Source of the DNA: Elusimicrobiota bacterium
GTDB taxonomy: Bacteria > Elusimicrobiota > Elusimicrobia > UBA1565 > UBA9628
Assembly (NCBI GenBank): GCA_026388095.1
Contig: JAPLKL010000051.1
Location: 73,713-137,712, forward strand
Direction: 5' to 3'
DNA: 64,000 nt
The notes below the pieces were generated by a model. That model was given only the letters and a program-made list of their open reading frames with translations. It was not told the DNA's origin and ran no database searches. Positions 28,806-39,009 of the stretch are shown here, one piece after another (the first letter of the stretch is position 1; each line of letters begins with the position of its first letter). Made by a program: the position numbers and the translations under genes.

Positions 28806-29876
28806 ATGTTGAACGATTATCCTCGCAGCAAGAAGCACGGCTTGACCAAACCCATCTCGCTCTCCCCCGGCGATTTTGCCTGCCTGCGCGGCCGCACCGT
28901 CCTAGTCACCGGAGGCACCGGCTCTTTCGGGAAGCGGTTCGTGGAGACCGCGCTCCGGCATAGCCGCTTGCGCAAGCTCATCGTCTTTAGCCGCGATGAG
29001 CTCAAGCAGTCCGAGATGGCGGCCCGCTTCACGGACAAACGGCTGCGCTTCTTCATAGGGGACGTCAGGGACCTCCAGCGCCTGCAGCGCGCCTTCCACG
29101 GCGTGGATTTCGTGGTGCATGCCGCAGCCCTCAAGCAGGTCCCCACCCTGGAATATAATCCGTTTGAAGCGGTTCTCACCAACATCGTGGGGTCTGAAAA
29201 CATCATCAACGCGGCCATCGACCAGAAAGTGCGCCGGGTCGTTGCCCTATCCACCGACAAAGCGGCTAACCCCGTCAACCTCTACGGCGCCACCAAGCTC
29301 TGCTCCGAGAAGCTCTTCATATCCGGCAACTCCTATGCCGGATCCACGGGGACCCTCTTTTCAGTGGTCCGCTACGGCAACGTGGTGGGCAGCCGCGGCA
29401 GCGTCGTCCCGCTGTTTCTCTCGCTGCGCCGGCAAGGAGTCCTGCCCGTCACGGACGCGCGCATGACCCGCTTCTGGATCACGCTGGACCAAGGGATACA
29501 CCTCGTGCTCCGGGCGCTGGCCCGCATGCATGGCGGCGAGGTCTTCGTGCCGAAGATCCCCAGCATGCGCATCATGGACCTCGCCAAGGCCATCGCCCCG
29601 GAGTGCCGTACGCGCGTGGTCGGAGTGCGCCCCGGCGAGAAGATCCACGAGATACTGATTACCGAAGACGAGGCCGCCCGCTCCCTTGACCTGGGTGACA
29701 TATTCGTGGTAAAACCCAACTTCCATTGGTGGGGTCCGGACAACTGGCGGGAAGGCACTGCCGTGCCGGCGGGCTTCCGCTACACCAGCGACGCCAACGA
29801 CCGATGGCTGACCCCGCCGGAGATCCGCGCCCTGACCCTCCCTGCGGATGGGGACCGCGAACCCGCCCCCGCATAA
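28806..29876 (+). CDS. pseB: UDP-N-acetylglucosamine 4,6-dehydratase (inverting)
   Basis: GGTGSFG, SRDELKQ, HAAALKQVP, STDKAANPVNLYGATK, RYGNVVGSRGSV, MTRFWI. Confidence 0.93.
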   Translation: MLNDYPRSKKHGLTKPISLSPGDFACLRGRTVLVTGGTGSFGKRFVETALRHSRLRKLIVFSRDELKQSEMAARFTDKRLRFFIGDVRDLQRLQRAFHGVDFVVHAAALKQVPTLEYNPFEAVLTNIVGSENIINAAIDQKVRRVVALSTDKAANPVNLYGATKLCSEKLFISGNSYAGSTGTLFSVVRYGNVVGSRGSVVPLFLSLRRQGVLPVTDARMTRFWITLDQGIHLVLRALARMHGGEVFVPKIPSMRIMDLAKAIAPECRTRVVGVRPGEKIHEILITEDEAARSLDLGDIFVVKPNFHWWGPDNWREGTAVPAGFRYTSDANDRWLTPPEIRALTLPADGDREPAPA

Positions 29877-29928
29877 GCATCCGCATCCAGATCATCGACG
29901 GTATTTCTTCCATCCAGTCGGCCGCCTC

Positions 29929-31152
29929 TCAAGATCCAGGGGCATCGGCTGCCTTTTCCAATACTTTTCGACTATCTCCAAGTATGAATCCTAGTAATAC
30001 ATAAAACGCGATCCCGAAGGGAAGGTATCTTATGGATTCATTGAACAGACCATAGGCGAGGGTCGCTATCAAGCCTATCGCGATAATCGTGCGCATTCTT
30101 CCGGAGATTGTGAGAGGATCCGATTTCGCGGCTACATAAAATGGCGCGAAGATCTGGAATGCGAATAGCAGCAACCCGACAAACCCTCTGCGAACAAAAA
30201 CATCAAAATACTCGCTATGTGCAGACATGTTGGCGTATGTCACTCCGTCGACAATGAGCGGTCTCATGGTGTGGCCGATGCCGACCTCACCCTGTCCGAA
30301 TATTGGGACCAACCAGTCGTTCTTGGACATGGCATAGATTTCATTGTAGATGGCCAACCTTACATTGGCCGAATGGTCTCGGCGAATCCCAGCTTGGTCT
30401 CCGCGGATTGCAGAACTGACTATTCCTGTCACTCTTCCCGGATTAATAACAAATAACCCGCAATATTTCGCCATTGATAAAAAAAGCCCGCCAATCAAAT
30501 AAAAAGATAGGACCTGCAAACGTATTTTTTTACTCTTTTCGAAATATAGTAATAAAACAAGAAATACCATTAAACAGAGATATGCCGAGCGCGTCGTGGA
30601 GAGGATGAGAAGACAAATCGATATCAGCCCAAGAGCGTTCGCTGCCAATACGCGCGCTCGGCTCTGCCGCGGCTCCATAAAACAAATAGCGATGACGGCC
30701 GTGGCGAATATGAGCAATGAATTTCGCTGGGTTATTGCCACTCTTATGTTATCGTGGAATACTTCCGATACTCCCCGCAGCTCCGAGAACATGTAGAGCC
30801 ATGAGCCCATGAAGAAGCCATTCATGAAGAATATGGAGGTTTCCTGATTCTCCGAAGATGCGCGGCCGATAAAGTATGAAACCAGGAAAAAGAGCGTCAC
30901 GGCTACAGAGACGACGCGATCGTGGGTAAAGCCGGAACCCAGAATCTCGTGGATGATGGCATTCAACAAGCAATAGCCGAAATACACAATGATCACATAG
31001 TCGAATCTATTTAGTTTCAACCGAAGCCGGGATAAGAGGAAAACCAACAGAATGGGATAAAAAACAACCGGAAGCACCGGAAAATACGAATTCTGGAACC
31101 CAATGTATATTGGGATCAGTGGGATAAGGCCAGAAATGAACGCTGAAATCAA
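29929..31152 (-). CDS. Wzy polymerase / O-antigen ligase-like membrane protein (AT-rich)
   Basis: ~10 TM, TRSA, SANVR, SAHSEYF..RGFVG. Confidence 0.75.
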   Translation of the reverse strand: MISAFISGLIPLIPIYIGFQNSYFPVLPVVFYPILLVFLLSRLRLKLNRFDYVIIVYFGYCLLNAIIHEILGSGFTHDRVVSVAVTLFFLVSYFIGRASSENQETSIFFMNGFFMGSWLYMFSELRGVSEVFHDNIRVAITQRNSLLIFATAVIAICFMEPRQSRARVLAANALGLISICLLILSTTRSAYLCLMVFLVLLLYFEKSKKIRLQVLSFYLIGGLFLSMAKYCGLFVINPGRVTGIVSSAIRGDQAGIRRDHSANVRLAIYNEIYAMSKNDWLVPIFGQGEVGIGHTMRPLIVDGVTYANMSAHSEYFDVFVRRGFVGLLLFAFQIFAPFYVAAKSDPLTISGRMRTIIAIGLIATLAYGLFNESIRYLPFGIAFYVLLGFILGDSRKVLEKAADAPGS

Positions 31153-31207
31153 TGGCAGGATACTTGTGCTCGACTCTTGGAGCAGAATGTTTTACAGGGC
31201 AATGGGT

Positions 31208-32029
31208 TCAAAACACCGAAAGCGGTCTTGGACTAGTAGCTATGTTCTCAAGCTTGACTCTATCAACGATCTCGGTATTCTCGCGGAAGTTCGGCTCCAT
31301 GCCAGTCAGGTCCCTGTAGGTCATGGAATCCATCGTTTCACTGCCGCCATCCAACGTAACAGTGACAAGATCGATGTTCCGCTTGGCATAATTTATGAAC
31401 TCCCGGCAAAAGTATTTGTTTCTGTCATCAATGGCACCCACCCCTTTTTCATAAAAATGCCCCCCTTTTGACGGGGAATGGGTGTAGTCCTGGCCCACAA
31501 GATAGGCCTTCTTGAACCCCAGATAGATCGCCAAAGAGATCTGGAATGTGAATGAGCCCCGATGCGAGTCTTCACGATCCCTGAATGGGTTCTTCTCTTC
31601 AAAGGGAGGCTTATAGAAACGGCTGACGAAAATGGCGTTCGAAAAGCGAGCCACTGGATAATTTGAAAAATTAATGAAAAAAGTCTTTCTAGGATTCTGA
31701 ATGATGAACTTGCGATATTCGATGGGAAGAATATGCCTGACGATCCGCCGCTTACCGTCTTCCATCCGATAGGGGCAGACCGGCCAAAACCAGAAAGGCT
31801 CGACGAGGGCGCAATACGGGGAATTAAGCGCACTGATCTCCTTATGATAGATCACAAAACTCCCCACGATCGAGGGCCGATCGGCGAACTGGCGCAGATC
31901 CATCCACTTCAAAGAAACGCCATCGCCAAAAATATAGCACTCCTGCCCCGCATGCCTCTGATAAAGCCCATCAAGTTTGGAGAGCTGCCCATGCATGACG
32001 CGAGTGAGCAGTTTCTTAAATAAGTCCAT
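31208..32029 (-). CDS. DUF115/Maf-Cst-like protein, candidate nonulosonate transferase
   Basis: CYIFGDGVSL, LAIYLGFKKAYLVGQDY, HFY motifs. Confidence 0.6.
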   Translation of the reverse strand: MDLFKKLLTRVMHGQLSKLDGLYQRHAGQECYIFGDGVSLKWMDLRQFADRPSIVGSFVIYHKEISALNSPYCALVEPFWFWPVCPYRMEDGKRRIVRHILPIEYRKFIIQNPRKTFFINFSNYPVARFSNAIFVSRFYKPPFEEKNPFRDREDSHRGSFTFQISLAIYLGFKKAYLVGQDYTHSPSKGGHFYEKGVGAIDDRNKYFCREFINYAKRNIDLVTVTLDGGSETMDSMTYRDLTGMEPNFRENTEIVDRVKLENIATSPRPLSVF

Positions 32030-32059
32030 CTATTTGTTTCCCTTAAGTTGGCCGGGGCA

Positions 32060-33877
32060 TCATGCTTCCGAACTCTTTAAGTCCTTGGCGCCGAATCCGC
32101 TCTTCAAGAAATGCTCATAAGAGCCTTGCGCGATGATCCGCCCACGCTCCAACTGGAAAATCGTATCGCAATTCTGCAGGGTGGAGAACCGGTGCGCGAT
32201 GATCAGGACAGTCAGGTCTTTGTTGAGATTCTCTATGGCATCAATCACCGCCTTCTCGGTGACGCTGTCCAGAGCGCTGGTGGCTTCGTCGAAAATCAGC
32301 ACGGTCGCCTGCTTGTACAGCGCCCTGGCGATGCCGATGCGCTGACGCTGCCCGCCGCTGAGGCGGATGCCGCGTTCGCCTACCAATGCGTCATATCCCC
32401 CGGGCCGGCCTTCGATGAATGCCGAGATCTGCGCTTGAGCGGCGGCATCCCTGACGCGAGCCTTATCCACTTCTTGCGGCGGCACGCCGAAGGCTATGTT
32501 CTCGGCGATGCTGGTGTCAGCCAGGAAGATGCTTTGCGGCACGTGGGCGATGGCGCTCTGCCAGGCCCGCCGGAGCTCTTCGCCTATCAGTTGCCCGTCT
32601 ACCAAAATCCTCCCCTGCGTAGGCTCAAGCAAGGACATCAGCAAGTCCAGAGCAGTGCTCTTGCCGCTGCCGGTGCTGCCGACAAAGCCGACCCGCGCTC
32701 CTTTGCGTATAGTCAGATTGATTCCGTCCAGCACCCAAGGGCCGTCTTCGCCATAACGGAAGCGCACATTATCGAAACTGATGGCTTCATGGAAGTCCAG
32801 CGGCGCAGGCGCCGGCAAATACGCGTCTTTCGGCAGCGGCTGATCGAGCAGATCAAGCACATCGCTCATTGAAGAATGGGCCCCGGCGACTGCAGACCAA
32901 TTGCCGTACAACTGCTGCAATAGCGGGAGCAGGCGCTGCGCCCCAAGCGCCATCGCCGCCATCACCGGCAGGGCTCCCCCCATCCCCCCCGGCCTGCGGC
33001 TCAAGACATAGGACAAGACAGATATCAGCACCATGCCCAAAGCTTCTATGGCGTAGCGGGGGAATTGATTCATGTAGACATTCTCGCCGGTGGCCCGCTG
33101 CAGCTGTTGGATGGCTTTCCGGTAGACATCACAGTAAACTGCCTGGGCGCCGTCCAGAAGCACATCACGAATAGCGCCAAGCCCTTCCTGCAATGCTTTG
33201 ACCACCTGCGTCTGTTCTTGCGCGATGCACCGGCTGTTGCGCGCCAGCCGGTGGCGTATCTGCCAGGCGATGACGCCATACCCCGCGCCGAACATGACGA
33301 CCGCCGCGGTAGCGATCAATGGGTCGATAGCGAACAATGTCAACAGGATTGCCGCGAACAGCACCCCTGAGGTGACTATGCTCACTAAAGACAGCAGCAC
33401 GGACGTAGCGGTCGCGACCTTCTGCGTGATCCCGCTGATGATCTCGCTGCTGTTGCGGGCCACATGCACGCGATAGGGTTGATAAAGCGTCCGCCGGTAG
33501 ACCTCGAGGCTGAGGTCCGCGCCGGTAGCGTTTGCCAGCCGGATACTCACCCATAACACCACCAGACGTAGTCCCGCGGCGAAGACAGCCGCCGCTGCGA
33601 ATGCCACGGTCAGCGGCAGCACCAAGTCCGCCGCAGCAGTGATTCCCAACGCCTTGGCGGCGCCAGAGATCACAGGGGAGTTGAACACTTTTTCCGGCTG
33701 AGTGAGGATGCCTATGAATGGCAGCACCGCCCCGAGACTGACGACCTCGGCGAATGCGTCGGCTAAAGTCAAACCCAGCATCAGCAGGAACTGCGACCGC
33801 CGGCGACTGCTGATGTGTTCAAAAAGACGGACTAGCAACCCGGGGAGGCTTGTCGTGGGGACTTGATAATCCATCAT
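32060..33877 (-). CDS. ABC transporter (fused TMD-NBD), PglK/MsbA-like glycan flippase
   Basis: GSTGSGKS, LSGGQRQR, FDEATS, N-terminal TM domain. Confidence 0.9.
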   Translation of the reverse strand: MMDYQVPTTSLPGLLVRLFEHISSRRRSQFLLMLGLTLADAFAEVVSLGAVLPFIGILTQPEKVFNSPVISGAAKALGITAAADLVLPLTVAFAAAAVFAAGLRLVVLWVSIRLANATGADLSLEVYRRTLYQPYRVHVARNSSEIISGITQKVATATSVLLSLVSIVTSGVLFAAILLTLFAIDPLIATAAVVMFGAGYGVIAWQIRHRLARNSRCIAQEQTQVVKALQEGLGAIRDVLLDGAQAVYCDVYRKAIQQLQRATGENVYMNQFPRYAIEALGMVLISVLSYVLSRRPGGMGGALPVMAAMALGAQRLLPLLQQLYGNWSAVAGAHSSMSDVLDLLDQPLPKDAYLPAPAPLDFHEAISFDNVRFRYGEDGPWVLDGINLTIRKGARVGFVGSTGSGKSTALDLLMSLLEPTQGRILVDGQLIGEELRRAWQSAIAHVPQSIFLADTSIAENIAFGVPPQEVDKARVRDAAAQAQISAFIEGRPGGYDALVGERGIRLSGGQRQRIGIARALYKQATVLIFDEATSALDSVTEKAVIDAIENLNKDLTVLIIAHRFSTLQNCDTIFQLERGRIIAQGSYEHFLKSGFGAKDLKSSEA

Positions 33878-34002
33878 CAGCTGCTACGCGCTCACGGTCG
33901 TTCTGACCGCTGTGAGCAACCCATGTACACCGCTCAGGGGCTCCGGACGCAGGGATACGTTGATGGCCACGATCTTCAGCATACCAGGCGAAAGTCGATA
34001 GG

Positions 34003-34047
34003 TAGACAATGGTACCTTATTTGAGTAGAATGTTCAATAAATGAACA
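34003..34047 (+). promoter_or_regulatory. sigma70 promoter with overlapping palindromic operator (site 3)
   Basis: TAGACA(34003)-N17-TAGAAT(34026-34031), then TGTTCAATAAATGAACA (34031-34047). Confidence 0.78.
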
Positions 34048-34090
34048 CAGGGGCGGCCCATCACCGGTGCGACCGCTCGCTGACCGCCAG

Positions 34091-35926
34091 ATGAAGAACG
34101 CCCTGATACTGCACTCCGTGGCGGAGGCAGAATTCTGCCTCGAGAATGGCCTCATCAAGGAAGACCTTTTATTCACCACTCACCCGAGCGTGTCCATCCA
34201 CCTCCAGGAACTCCATGGGATTGAGTGCCGGTGCCTGAGCCACTTCTTGACGGACTCGGATATCCGCAGCCAAGTCGAGCAGTGTTCGGATATGACCGAT
34301 CGGATGTTGGTCTCTTTGGACGAGAAGGCGGCGCCCTTTCTGAATGGCAGGTTTGGATTACGGATGAGATACTTCATGCCGCTCTACTCCTTTCTCGGGA
34401 GATATCATCTCTTGAGTCAGACCTGCATCCGATTGGCGCTCGCAAGGATGGTCGAACAACATGGCGTGGGCACGATACGCTTCGGCAATCCCCGGCTCGA
34501 TAGCTTCTTGAGGACGACCTGCGATTTGCAGGGCCTGATTGCCGGGCTGTTCCCGAGCATCGAGATCGAGGTCATAGACTATCCGGCCCAGGCCGGTTTC
34601 CCCGCCCATCTCCAGCGAGCCCTACGACTGCTCCGGAAGGCACGCCGCTGGGGGACCGTAAAAGAGGCTCTCGCGGCCCGCATGGAGATACTCCTTTGCT
34701 CCTGGAGATGCCGGCGCCCGGTCAAGGAAAGGAAGAACATACTCCTGTTCGAGCCGCTCTACCATCTAGGCTTCCTGCGCGAGTCCCTGAGCGGTTACAA
34801 TCTGATTTACTATCGGGACGCCGAAAGCCCCTACCCCGAGGGACTGCGCGGGAGCATCCCCGAACCCAGGCTGGACTGGAACCCTGCTGAGCTGGAGGCG
34901 CTGTTGCCGAGGACCGCGGACCGGGAATTGGAGACCGCGGCGTTGTCCGCCATCCGGGAGGATTTCACGGGACGCATCGCGCAGTGTTTGAGAACCGTCC
35001 TGTTCCTCAAGGAAGTCAACGCCCGCTATCCGATTTCTCTCGGAATATGGGGGAATAGCATGGGCTTCCAAAAGTACCTGGTCTTCGAGTACCTTCGCTC
35101 CTCGGGGATCAAGGTGCTCGGAACCCAGCACGGGAACTGCTACGTCGACCAGATCTCTCCCTGGAATTTCGCATGTGATTTCGATAGATGCAGCCATTTC
35201 ATCAGTTGGGGCTTCACAGAGGACGATCTCGCGCGGGCCTACCCGCGGGCAGAACCTCGCCCGAAGATCTTCCCGCTCGGACGAGCCCTGCCGGCGAAGA
35301 GGGCCGCCGCCAAGCGCCGCATCGACATCGTCTTCCCGCTGACCTTCACCCAGCCCATGCTCGCCGGCGGCTGCGCGACGAGTCGGCCGGACGCCTTGGC
35401 GGACAATCAGGTCCGAATCCTTGAGTACCTGAACTCCCTGGAAGGCTTAAGCATATACGTCAAGCCCTTCCCCTTCCCGAACCCCGGCAACTGCGCGATA
35501 TTGCCCGTGCTCAAGAGGCTGCCCAACCTGCGGGTCATCGACGACATCAGTTTCACGCGATTCCTCGAAGAGTATTCTCCGCGGATCGTGATCGTCGAGT
35601 TCCCTGCCTCGCCCCTATACGACGTCCGGCACCTGGACGCCGAGATCTTTCTGATGCCCGACGCGATGAACCCCTTCGAGACCCAAGCCCTCTCGGAATT
35701 GAAGGAACGCGTCCACTATTGCGAAAGCGTAGAGGAGCTGGCCTCCCAACTCGGCCTCTTCCTCAAGGGCCGGCTGGAGCCGCGGCAGGACCCGACCTTC
35801 TTCGACCACTACATGCGCCAGGGCGACCCCCGGAAAGCCATCCTGGGGCTCATCGACTCTCTCGCGGGCCGACCCGGCGGCGAGATTATGGGAACAAAGA
35901 CCTGCTCATTTCGGTCTGGCAAATAG
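34091..35926 (+). CDS. hypothetical GT-B-like surface carbohydrate transferase
   Basis: long ORF with GTQHGNCY, ISWG and YVKPFP motifs like those of putative sialyl/Kdo transferases in glycan loci. Confidence 0.6.
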   Translation: MKNALILHSVAEAEFCLENGLIKEDLLFTTHPSVSIHLQELHGIECRCLSHFLTDSDIRSQVEQCSDMTDRMLVSLDEKAAPFLNGRFGLRMRYFMPLYSFLGRYHLLSQTCIRLALARMVEQHGVGTIRFGNPRLDSFLRTTCDLQGLIAGLFPSIEIEVIDYPAQAGFPAHLQRALRLLRKARRWGTVKEALAARMEILLCSWRCRRPVKERKNILLFEPLYHLGFLRESLSGYNLIYYRDAESPYPEGLRGSIPEPRLDWNPAELEALLPRTADRELETAALSAIREDFTGRIAQCLRTVLFLKEVNARYPISLGIWGNSMGFQKYLVFEYLRSSGIKVLGTQHGNCYVDQISPWNFACDFDRCSHFISWGFTEDDLARAYPRAEPRPKIFPLGRALPAKRAAAKRRIDIVFPLTFTQPMLAGGCATSRPDALADNQVRILEYLNSLEGLSIYVKPFPFPNPGNCAILPVLKRLPNLRVIDDISFTRFLEEYSPRIVIVEFPASPLYDVRHLDAEIFLMPDAMNPFETQALSELKERVHYCESVEELASQLGLFLKGRLEPRQDPTFFDHYMRQGDPRKAILGLIDSLAGRPGGEIMGTKTCSFRSGK

Positions 35927-36658
35927 CTGCATACATTTTGTGAAAAATCTTGAATAGATTTTGAACCTATTCGTCGCTATCCCATTCTCAGCGCAGGCTC
36001 TCAGCATCTCCCGATTCGATACCATATTGCTGTAAAAACTTCGGGTGCTCACGCCCCCGGTGCGCATCTTGATGATCACTTCAGGCAAGTAGTGATATCT
36101 GATGCCGTGTTTGACCAGAAGCCGGGCCATTAGATCGAAATCGGCCGCAATCTTGTAGTCGGTTTTGAAGAGGCCCCACTTCAGGTAGCACTCTCTTCTT
36201 ACAAAAAACGTAGGATGGGGTGGCGTCCAACCAGCGGCGAATTTGTCCAGAGTGAAGTCGGCGCCGCTGTAGTATCTGACGATTTTATCAGGCTTGTCCG
36301 GCCGGACATACACGAGGTCAGCGAAGAGCGCGTCTATCGCTAAAGTGTCAAAGGCTGCCGCCACTTTCTCGATGACGCGGTCGTCGACATAGAAATCGTC
36401 CGAGTTCAGTATCCCTACGACGTCACCGGTAGCCAGGGCTATCCCCTTGTTCATTGCGTCATAAATCCCCTTATCCGGTTCGGACACAATACGAGCGCCG
36501 CGAGCAGATCTATTGATCAGTTCCAAGGTCCCATCAGTTGAGCCGCCGTCTATGATGATATACTCCAGGTCAGACCAGGTTTGGCCCAGAACGCTCTTGA
36601 TGCAATCTTCGATGGTATGAACATTGTTATAAACCACCGTGATTATTGAGATCTTCAT
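35906..36658 (-). CDS. GT2 glycosyltransferase (WcaE-like)
   Basis: MKISIITVVYN, DGGSTDGT, GIYDAMNKG, LNSDD, PPHPT. Confidence 0.9.
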   Translation of the reverse strand: MKISIITVVYNNVHTIEDCIKSVLGQTWSDLEYIIIDGGSTDGTLELINRSARGARIVSEPDKGIYDAMNKGIALATGDVVGILNSDDFYVDDRVIEKVAAAFDTLAIDALFADLVYVRPDKPDKIVRYYSGADFTLDKFAAGWTPPHPTFFVRRECYLKWGLFKTDYKIAADFDLMARLLVKHGIRYHYLPEVIIKMRTGGVSTRSFYSNMVSNREMLRACAENGIATNRFKIYSRFFTKCMQLFARPK

Positions 36659-37782
36659 GCGATCGCCTGGCTCAGGATTTGGACGGTTTTTTCGGCCGCC
36701 ACATCCCAGGAGAATTGTCCTGCCCGCACCAGCGTCCGCCGCCGAATCTCGTCTTTTTCTTCTGAGCTGCGCTGCAAGACGAGTTCGATTGCCGCCGCCA
36801 GGCCACAGGAATCCCCCGGCTTGTAGCAAACGGCTTGGCCACCGAAAATCTCCGGCAAAGGGGGATTGTCCGCGGCGATGCACTGGCAGCCATGGGCCAA
36901 CGCCTCCAGAGCGATGTTGGGACAGGCTTCGACCTTGCTGGTCATGACGAAGGCCGAACAATGCGCATAACACCACGCCATCCCTGCGCTGTCCAGGTCG
37001 CCGGCCCAGCACACGCTGGATCCTAATCTGCTCTCATGCGCGCGACGTCGGAGATCTGCGAAATACGGCATCATCTCCTTTCTCGCCGATCCTCCGATTA
37101 CAAGCTTGACGGGCTGCGCAGTGCGTACAGCGAGCTCTTCAAGCGCCCCCAGCAAATCCTCCAGGCCTCGATAACGCTCGATTGACCCAGCTGTAAATAT
37201 GAAATGTCCCGGCTGACACTGAGCAAGGACCGGCGGCTGCACAGCTGTTTCCTGCGAAGATCTCGCGCCGAAATAAACAACGGAGATCTTATCCGGAGCG
37301 ATCTCCCACCGGTCCACCATATATTCTTTGACAAAATGCGATACTGCAATCACCTTGTCCGCCTTTCTTGCCGCTAGTTTCGTTTCAAGATACTGAGCCG
37401 CCCGCCGCAGTCTTTCCCAGGGCCCGATTCCGCGCATGGGTACAAGCGGCCCCATGTTCTGGACCATGGTCACAGATGGGACGTCCCCGAACTTCACCCA
37501 TCTGGAGGCAGGCACAAACAGGACATCCGGAGAAAATTGCCGCAGACTTTTCTCAAGCGCCGAGTTGGGGGCATGCCATCCGGCCCGGAACGTCCCGCAA
37601 TCCGCGAAACTCACTTTTTGCAGCGGCGGGAACCATTTCGGCACTTGCAAGGAGGCTGGAGATGCACAGAGTACGGAGTCCACACTGGCATGGCCAGCCA
37701 AACGAGGCAGCATGTTGACCAGATATTTGCGATACCCTCCACACATGCCGCCACCGGTCAGGTTGATGAGGGCAATCCGCAT
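36655..37782 (-). CDS. GT4 glycosyltransferase
   Basis: EACPNIALEALAHG, FSWD. Confidence 0.85.
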   Translation of the reverse strand: MRIALINLTGGGMCGGYRKYLVNMLPRLAGHASVDSVLCASPASLQVPKWFPPLQKVSFADCGTFRAGWHAPNSALEKSLRQFSPDVLFVPASRWVKFGDVPSVTMVQNMGPLVPMRGIGPWERLRRAAQYLETKLAARKADKVIAVSHFVKEYMVDRWEIAPDKISVVYFGARSSQETAVQPPVLAQCQPGHFIFTAGSIERYRGLEDLLGALEELAVRTAQPVKLVIGGSARKEMMPYFADLRRRAHESRLGSSVCWAGDLDSAGMAWCYAHCSAFVMTSKVEACPNIALEALAHGCQCIAADNPPLPEIFGGQAVCYKPGDSCGLAAAIELVLQRSSEEKDEIRRRTLVRAGQFSWDVAAEKTVQILSQAIA

Positions 37783-37813
37783 TGGTGGAATTCTGGCGCG
37801 GGCTTAGTTCGGG

Positions 37814-37841
37814 CGCTCTTGCCCCGCGCGGGGCAAGAGCG
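37814..37841. repeat. perfect 28-bp palindrome in intergenic spacer
   Basis: CGCTCTTGCCCCGC|GCGGGGCAAGAGCG. Confidence 0.85.
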
Positions 37842-37859
37842 ATTCGCCAGCTGGGGCTG

Positions 37860-38873
<1,014 letters not shown>

Positions 38874-39009
38874 CTATTGTATCAAATGTATATCCCAGGA
38901 CAGCACGGCGGCCGACAAGTCTCCGGCGACGATGACTCCAGCGCAAATGACAAACGGTTGGTCTCTCGGGATTGCGGACTGATTGCAGCAACACCGCCGC
39001 ATTCATCGA

